Assembly (NCBI GenBank): GCA_000388065.2
Contig: KB932207.1
Reading direction: 5' to 3' (one strand)
Length of the DNA stretch: 9,070 bases
DNA from: Fonticula alba ATCC 38817
Taxonomy: Eukaryota; Protista; Nucleariida
Below are positions 1 to 6,738 of the stretch, in pieces. Made by a program: the position numbers and the translations under genes. The notes beneath the pieces are model-generated. The model did no database searches. It saw only the letters and a program-made list of their open reading frames with translations, and was not told where the DNA came from. How positions within the stretch are numbered: the first letter of the stretch is position 1; each line of letters opens with the position of its first letter.

Positions 1-37
1 CCCCCCACCCCCCGCAACCCCTCGGACCACCGCCACG

Positions 38-2237
38 ATGGGCGGGGTGCACTCGTCGCCGCTGCCGGATGACCTGTTCGACTCGCCCGCCATCGAAGGC
101 GCCTCGCCCGAGTACGAGCGGTGGCTGGCCAGCTTGTCGGGGAACATCTCGATCCCCGGATCGCCGGGGCCCGGCGGGCCCGCCGGCCCGGACGCCCCGC
201 CGCCGCCGCCACCCCCGGCCAGCATTGTGGCCCTCTTCCGGAACATGCGCCGGCCCGGGGCCGACGCCCTGGCCGAGCACGACCCCTCGGCCGGGGACCT
301 GCTGCTGCTGCCGGGGACCGGGGCCGGGGGCCCCGCCGGGGTGTCATCCGCCGCGCTGGCCGACACCGAGCTCGAGGCCCAGGCGGCCCTGCGCATGCTG
401 GGCATCGACCCGGGGCACCTGCCGCCCGGGGTCCTGGCCACCGAGGCGCTGGAGTCCATCCAGGCCGAGCGCGCCCACGACGCCATAATCCACGCATCGC
501 GGGTGTTGCGCTTCCGCCATGGCCTCACCGACCAGCAGATCTACCTGCTGCTGAATACCCTGCGCATGCGCCGGCAGGCGCTGAACTTGGAAAATTGCGT
601 GGCCCTCATGCGCTCGGAGTCCGGCATGTACGACGACCGGGGGGCCCAAATGTGCCCGGTGCACAGTGTCCACACGCGGCTCCGGCGCCGGGCCCGGCGC
701 TTGCGACAGCGTGATCGGGATCGGGCCGCGGCCGCGGCCGAGGCGGCTGCCCTGCGCCGGCGCCGGCCTCGCCGGGCCCCCTGTCCCGGGTGTGGCACCT
801 GCGCCGATGCGCCGGGGGACCCCCGGCCGGCCGGCCACCCGGCCAGCGCCGGCGCCAGCAGCGGCGCCAGCGCCCACTCGCCCTTTGTTCCGCTGCTGCC
901 GGAGCTGGACCCCGCCGGGCCGGCCGTCCGGGACGCTGCCCGGGTCTTGACCACCAGCCAGCGCTCGGCCTCCTGGTCCCAGGTGAACAGCCCGCAGATC
1001 GCCAGCCGCTTTGACAGCAGCGCCTCGGTGTCGGCCTCCTCCAGCGCGGAGTTCGTCCTGAATGAGGACTCCCCGGTGCCGGCGCACGGGGTGCTGCTCG
1101 TTTCGCCGGGCTGGCGCGACTCGCTGGATGCCGACATCGAGGACTGCCTTTCCTCCTCCTCCTCCGCCTCCGCCTCCGGTGCGGCCAGCGAGGGCCCGTT
1201 GAGGGCCGGCTCCGACCTGGACGAGGCCGACTCCGACCTGGACGAGGCCGACTCCCACCCGGACGAGGCCGACTCCCACCTGGACAGGGCCAAGTCCCCA
1301 TTGGACGAGGCGGGCCCCCGGTGCTCTGGCGGCCCCCGGCCCCTGTTGCTGGACCCCAGCTACCAGGATGGCTGCCCCTCGGACTGCCCCTCGGACCGGC
1401 ATTTCTCCCCGGGCCCGGGGCTGGCCATCGCCGGGTCCAGCTCCGAGGACAGCCCGCTGGTCGTCGGGGTCTCGGACTCCGAGTGCATTTGCGGCCAGCT
1501 GGCCGGGCTCTCGTGCGCCGAGCAGTTCCTCCACTCGGACCCCGGGTCCTCGGATGGGGAGGCGTCGGCGCCGGCGGCGCACGCCCTGGCCGGCGAGGAC
1601 CTGGGCCACGGCCCGGCCCTGGCGGCCGGCGGCCTGCCCGGGCTCTTCCGGCCGTATCAGCAGCATGCCGCGCACCCGGACTGGATGGTCCTGCGGCAGC
1701 TCCTGGCCCGGGCCCCGACGCCGATGCTGGCCGACTTGAACTGCCTCGGGGTGCCGCACTTCGCCCTCCGGGCGGCGGTCCTCCTGGCCAACGACCAGGA
1801 CTTCCCGGATCGCGTGGTGCTGGATGCCGTGCGGCTGCTGATCGCCCGCTGCCAGGAGGGCCTGGCGTCGGTCGACGCCCCGGGGCTGGGGATCCGCTTT
1901 CTGGCCCTCTGCCGGCAGGCCTTCCGGGACCTGGCCCAGCGCATGGACCAGGAGGCGTGGGCGGCCGCGGCGCTGGAGGCCGGGCCCGGGCCCCTGCCGG
2001 CCGACACCCCGACGGCCCCGATGGCCGCCCTGGTGGCGGACCTCGAGCGGCAGGGGCGCCTCGGGGCCGGGCGCCCCGGGGTCGACGTGGACCCGGTCTT
2101 TGTGGACCCGGAGGACCGCCTCGCGCCGCCGGCCCCGGGCAATCGCTTTTTGCACATCTTCCAGCGGGCCGTCCTCCGGACGTACTTTCACCTGCCACTG
2201 GACCCTGCCTGGCTGGGCCCGTCGCTGCCGGAGCACG
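38..2237 (+). CDS. HECT ligase exon 1: N-terminal region of about 733 aa, largely low-complexity or disordered with helical islands
   Basis: Uninterrupted ORF with strongly G/C-ending codons, ending at a GTGCGT donor at 2238 identical to the gene's other donors. The frame is also open upstream to the window edge, so the start at 38 is likely but not proven. Confidence 0.75.
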
Positions 2238-5045
2238 GTGCGTGCCGGGCCGCCGCCAGCCCCCCAGGCCCGGNNNNNNNNNNNNNNNNNNNNNNNNNNN
2301 NNNNNNNNNNNNNNNNNNNNNNNNNNNNNNNNNNNNNNNNNNNNNNNNNNNNNNNNNNNNNNNNNNNNNNNNNNNNNNNNNNNNNNNNNNNNNNNNNNNN
2401 NNNNNNNNNNNNNNNNNNNNNNNNNNNNNNNNNNNNNNNNNNNNNNNNNNNNNNNNNNNNNNNNNNNNNNNNNNNNNNNNNNNNNNNNNNNNNNNNNNNN
2501 NNNNNNNNNNNNNNNNNNNNNNNNNNNNNNNNNNNNNNNNNNNNNNNNNNNNNNNNNNNNNNNNNNNNNNNNNNNNNNNNNNNNNNNNNNNNNNNNNNNN
2601 NNNNNNNNNNNNNNNNNNNNNNNNNNNNNNNNNNNNNNNNNNNNNNNNNNNNNNNNNNNNNNNNNNNNNNNNNNNNNNNNNNNNNNNNNNNNNNNNNNNN
2701 NNNNNNNNNNNNNNNNNNNNNNNNNNNNNNNNNNNNNNNNNNNNNNNNNNNNNNNNNNNNNNNNNNNNNNNNNNNNNNNNNNNNNNNNNNNNNNNNNNNN
2801 NNNNNNNNNNNNNNNNNNNNNNNNNNNNNNNNNNNNNNNNNNNNNNNNNNNNNNNNNNNNNNNNNNNNNNNNNNNNNNNNNNNNNNNNNNNNNNNNNNNN
2901 NNNNNNNNNNNNNNNNNNNNNNNNNNNNNNNNNNNNNNNCCCCCCCTCCCCCCCCCTCACACTCGCTCGCTCGCCTCCCTCGCATTCCCATCCCGCGTCC
3001 CCTTCTGCGGCGCCCGCGCGCAGACGCCTTCTCAAGACGGCGGTCTTCGCCGGGGCCCCGGTCCTGACGGCCGCCGACTACCACCGGCCGCTGATCATGG
3101 TGGATCCGCGGCGGCCGGTTCGCTCGACCATGCACACGGTCAATGCCCTGTCCTCGGAGGACCTGCGCTTCCGGTTCCTGGTCGGGTACGAGGACTCGTC
3201 CCGGCCGGCCGGCAGCTCGTCCCGGCCGCAAACCGTGGACCTCGGCGGCGTCACGCGCGGGTACCTGTCCGACGTGGCGCGCGACCTGCTGGGCCTGGTG
3301 CCGCACCTGACCGCGGCCGAGGTCTGGCAGTCTGACCCGCTGGCCGACTCGTCGCTGGCGCAGCGCCTCTACTCCACGGTCAGCCGCCGGCTACAGGAGA
3401 CCGTGGCCCCGGGCGGGGAGCCGGGCTCGGCGACTTCCTCGCCGGGCCCCTCGCCGGGCCTGGCCGGGGCCCTGGCACCGGACATCGCCGAGGAGATCGC
3501 CGAGTTCGAGCGCCTGCACAGCGAATTCCGCTCGCACCTGTGGACCGCCTACGGGCTGGGCTTCAACAGCGGCACCGCCACCGACATCTTCCCCTCGGTG
3601 ACCGCGGTCGGCGAGGGCTTTGGCCCGGCCTCGGCCCGGCTCTTCTCCTTCATCGGCCGCCTGGTGGGGGTGCGTCGCGCCCGGGCCCCCTCCCTCTGGG
3701 CCTGCCCCCTTCTTTCCTCTTCTCCTTTTGCTCTCTCCCCCCTCCGCCCAGCGCCCTGACTCTTGTCCTTTTGCCCCCCCCCCCGCCCGGCCCGGCCCGG
3801 CCCGGCCCGGCCCGGCCGCGGCACTGGCGCCCAGGTCTGCCTCCTCCACCCGGGCAAGTTCCTCTTCCCGCTGCCCCTGTCGCTGTCGCTGTTCAAGCTG
3901 CTGCTGGACCAGCCGCTCAATGCCTGGGACCTGAAGCACCATGTCGATCGCAGCCTCTTCAACTCGCTGGAGTACCTGACCGACGTCGATGAGGCCATGC
4001 TCAGCAGCTTGGTGCTGAGCTTCAGCAACACCCTGCCGCCGTTCCCCAGTCCGGCCGGGCCGCGCGGCCCGGTCGGCCCGGGCCTCGGGGCCACCTCCTT
4101 CACCACCTTCAACCTGGCCCCGGATGGCAGCAACATCGACGTCAACAATGACAACCTCTTTGCCTTCTTCACATTCCACATCAGCGGCCGGCTGGGCGAG
4201 TTCTCCCTCCCGGCCATCGAGGCCTTCGTCAAGGGCGTGGCCAGTGCGTCGGGGGCCCCCGCCCTGCCCTGCGCCCGCCTTTGGCGCTTCTCCTGCTCCC
4301 CCCCCTCGGCCCTCCCCGACCCCCCCCCCCAATAGTGGTCGTCCCCTTGTCCCTGCTGCGGTGCTTCTCGGCTCGCGAGCTCCAGACCCTCACCTGTGGT
4401 CTGCACACCGTGGACCCGGAGCAGCTGCTGGCCCTGCTTGACATCCAGCAGCCGCTGAACTGCCCGTTCGCGGCCACCGGCTGCCCCCCGGCCCCGAAGG
4501 ACGCCACCATGGAGCATAGCCCGCCCGACAGCCCGGACGGCCCGGACAGCCCGGAGGGGGATCTCGATTGCCTGGAAGCAGGTCCCCTCGGCCGCCAGGT
4601 GGCCCTGCCGGTTGGCCTCCGGCCGGCCGCCCTGCCAGGCATCATCACGCGCAATGCCTTTGGCCGAGGCCCGGCCGGGGGGCTGGGCCTCGGCTCCGGC
4701 GGCATGGCCGCCCGACGGCTCTCGGTCGCGGTGCCGGCCGTGTGCCACTGCCAGCGGCGCCTGGCCGCCTGGTTCCGGTGGTGCCTGTCCCCCCCGCAGA
4801 TGGGCCCCGAGGACTTGGGCCGGTTCCTGGCCTTTGCCACCGGCACGCCGCGCATGCCGGTCGGCGGGCGCCTGGCCACCAACCACTCCGGGCGTCTGAC
4901 CGTCCGGCCCATCCTCTCGGCCGGGTACCTGCCCACGGCGCACACATGCTCCGGGGACCTGGACATCCCGGTGTTCCCCTCGCGCGAGGCCATGCTCCAG
5001 GGCCTCCTCCGGTCCATGGAGACCACCGGCTTCCAGCTCACCTAG
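38..5045 (+). CDS. HECT-domain E3 ubiquitin-protein ligase, multi-exon gene model (visible exons 38-2237, 3024-3669, 3835-4243, 4336-5045; the first junction is uncertain because of a gap)
   Basis: The spliced translation gives HECT motifs in the correct order: VDLGGVTRGYL, YGLGF, LFSFIGRLVG|VCLLH, LSLFKLLLDQPLNAWDL..VDRSLFNSLEYL, FNLAPDGSNIDVNNDN, AIEAFVKGVA|MVVPLSLLRCFSARELQTLTCG, WFRW, FLAFATGTPRMPVGG, LPTAHTC (Cys codon 4947-4949) and a C-terminal GFQLT* with Phe at -4. The ATG at 38 has a strong context (gccacgATGG). Joining exon 1 to the HECT exons is inferred across the gap. Confidence 0.88.
1211..1315 (+). repeat. Coding tandem repeat, 5 x 21 nt (SDLDEAD/SDLDEAD/SHPDEAD/SHLDRAK/SPLDEAG)
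   Basis: Units start at 1211, 1232, 1253, 1274 and 1295. The first two are identical (tccgacctggacgaggccgac) and later units diverge progressively. Confidence 0.95.
2238..3023 (+). other. Intronic region of the HECT gene spanning an assembly gap; may hide one or more exons
   Basis: GTGCGT donor at 2238. A C-rich pyrimidine tract at 2940-3005 ends in CAG at 3021-3023. The phases of these two sites do not match directly (see findings). Confidence 0.65.
2274..2939. other. Assembly gap (666 N)
   Basis: Run of N in the sequence. Confidence 1.
3024..3669 (+). CDS. HECT ligase internal exon (start of the HECT N-lobe)
   Basis: Follows the CAG acceptor, encodes LRFRFLVGYE...VDLGGVTRGYL...LFSFIGRLVG, and ends at the GTGCGT donor at 3670 (phase 0). 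Confidence 0.85.
3670..3834 (+). other. Spliceosomal intron (165 nt, phase 0)
   Basis: GTGCGT...CAG, with a CTGAC branch-like site at 3756-3760 and a C11 run. Removing it fuses GRLVG to VCLLHPG, restoring the HECT GRxxG motif in frame. Confidence 0.9.
3786..3815. repeat. (CCCGG)6 perfect pentanucleotide microsatellite in the intron
   Basis: Six exact copies counted directly. Confidence 0.95.
3835..4243 (+). CDS. HECT ligase internal exon (E2-binding subdomain of the N-lobe)
   Basis: Encodes LFKLLLDQPLNAWDL...SLEYL...LAPDGSNIDVNNDN...AFVKG. Ends at the GTGCGT donor at 4244 (phase 1). Confidence 0.9.
4244..4335 (+). other. Spliceosomal intron (92 nt, phase 1)
   Basis: GTGCGT...C11-AATAG. The junction A|TG makes Met and moves translation into the frame that carries the C-lobe. 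Confidence 0.9.
4336..5045 (+). CDS. HECT ligase last coding exon (hinge and C-lobe with the catalytic Cys)
   Basis: FSARELQTLTCG, WFRW, FLAFATG, PTAHTC, GFQLT followed by TAG at 5043-5045. Confidence 0.92.
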
Positions 5046-5188
5046 GTGCGCCGCTGCTCGCGCGTCCGCCGTGTGCCGGTGGTGCGGCGGCGCGGCCAGG
5101 AGCCGCGCCCCCCTGCCCTCTGTCCTACGGGCGTGGCGAGCCCGATGCCGGGGGCAGGGACAAGGGACAATGATCCCCCCCCCCCCCC

Positions 5189-5475
5189 NNNNNNNNNNNN
5201 NNNNNNNNNNNNNNNNNNNNNNNNNNNNNNNNNNNNNNNNNNNNNNNNNNNNNNNNNNNNNNNNNNNNNNNNNNNNNNNNNNNNNNNNNNNNNNNNNNNN
5301 NNNNNNNNNNNNNNNNNNNNNNNNNNNNNNNNNNNNNNNNNNNNNNNNNNNNNNNNNNNNNNNNNNNNNNNNNNNNNNNNNNNNNNNNNNNNNNNNNNNN
5401 NNNNNNNNNNNNNNNNNNNNNNNNNNNNNNNNNNNNNNNNNNNNNNNNNNNNNNNNNNNNNNNNNNNNNNNNNNN
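5189..5475. other. Assembly gap (287 N) between the HECT gene and ALG6, flanked on both sides by C14 runs
   Basis: Run of N in the sequence. Confidence 1.
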
Positions 5476-5489
5476 CCCCCCCCCCCCCC

Positions 5490-5658
5490 GGTGACAGTGA
5501 CCCGCGGTGTATTTAGCCATCCGCCGGGGCGGCCACGTCGAGGCGGGCGGCGGAGACATTGGCATGCGCGCACACACACCGGCGCCCTCCTGCGCCCTTC
5601 TCCGCCCCGTTGCCCCCTCCCCCCCCCCTTCTTTCCTCCCTCCGCACCCACGCGCCCG
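5490..5658 (+). promoter_or_regulatory. Putative ALG6 promoter or 5' UTR
   Basis: Lies directly upstream of the ALG6 ATG. Contains GGGGCGG (5526-5532), CCACGTC (5533-5539), ATTGG (reverse CCAAT, 5558-5562), an alternating purine-pyrimidine tract (5562-5579) and a pyrimidine-rich stretch. The TSS is unknown. Confidence 0.4.
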
Positions 5659-6738
5659 ATGACATCCCCCCTCCCGGCCGAGCGGCGCCCTGGCCAGCGC
5701 CATGTGCCGGCGCCCCTCGCGCCGGCACCCCCCACCCCGGCTGACGCCGGCCCCGACTGGCGGTACATCGGCCGGGCCCTGCCGTGGGCCATCCTGGCCG
5801 TCGGGCTGGCGGTGCGCTTCGCCGTCGGCCGGGGCGGTTTCTCCGGCCTCGGCGACCCGCCGAAGCACGGGGACTTCGAGGCCCAGCGCCACTGGATGGA
5901 GATCACCACCAACCTGCCCCCCCGGCGGTGGTATCTGAACGACCATGCGCCCGGGGGTCTGAACGACCCCGCCTACTGGCCGCTGGACTATCCCCCCCTG
6001 TCGGGGTACCTGGCCTTCGCACTGGGGAAGCTGTACGTGTCCCCCGGGGGCCCGCGCTCGGCTGGCTGCCTTCCTTGGCCCTTCCCCCCCCCCCCCCCCC
6101 CCCCCCATCCGCCCCTCGGCCCATCGTCCCAAGGGGCCGTCGCTGCTGCCTCTTCTGCCCGACGCTGGCCCCCTGGCCTGGACTGACCGCTCTCGCCCCC
6201 CATGGTGCCGCCAGATGTGCGGCCTTTTTCGACCCGGCCTGGGTGGCTGCCGTCTCCTCGCGCGGCACCGAGGCCCCCGGCCTGGTGGCCTTCATGCGCC
6301 TGTCGGTTATTCTGTGTGACCTGGTGGTCCTTTTCCCGGCCGCCTGGCTGCTGGCTATGCGGCTCTTCCCCCGGCATCCCTTCCTCAGGGTCCGTCCTCC
6401 GAGTGGTCTCCTCTTTGCGCTTGGGCGGTCCGGGCAAAGGCCCATCCTCCCTGCATCGCCTCCCGTCTCCATGTCTCACCCCTTATGTCCATGTCTTTCT
6501 CTCTCTGCATGCCTCTCTCTGTGCATGCCTCTCTCTGTGCATGCCTCTCTCTGTGCATGCCTCTCTCTCTACATGCCTTTCTCTCTACATGCCTTTCTCT
6601 CTACATGCCTTTCCCTGTCCATGCCTTTCTCTCTACATGCCTTTCCCTGTCCATGCCTTTCTCTGTGCATGTCCCTTCATCCCCCTCTTCCTGCTCTTCC
6701 CCTCCATATCCCTCCACACTCCTCCACCTCTCCCTCCA

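Noticed and set aside
561-571. Perfect NRF1-like palindrome TGCGCATGCGC
   Set aside because: It lies inside coding sequence (LRMR) and is explained by codon usage.
974-985. LIR-like WSQV motif in the HECT N-terminal region
   Set aside because: Four-residue W/F/Y-x-x-L/I/V matches are very common by chance, and this one lacks the usual upstream acidic residues.
344-2236. 630-aa minus-strand ORF, and other long antisense or alternative-frame ORFs such as 541-1293, 3391-4332, 3549-5912 and 6601-8778
   Set aside because: These are shadow ORFs of GC-rich coding sequence, where stops are rare. Their translations are R/G/P/A-rich with no recognisable motifs, and several run through N gaps.
3749-3751. 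Alternative CAG acceptor in the 3670-3834 intron
   Set aside because: Using it would shift out of the HECT frame, and it lies upstream of the CTGAC branch-like site.
6508-6667. Regularly spaced repeats resembling a CRISPR array
   Set aside because: The units are contiguous 16-mers with no unique spacers, lie in a eukaryotic intron, and have no cas genes nearby.
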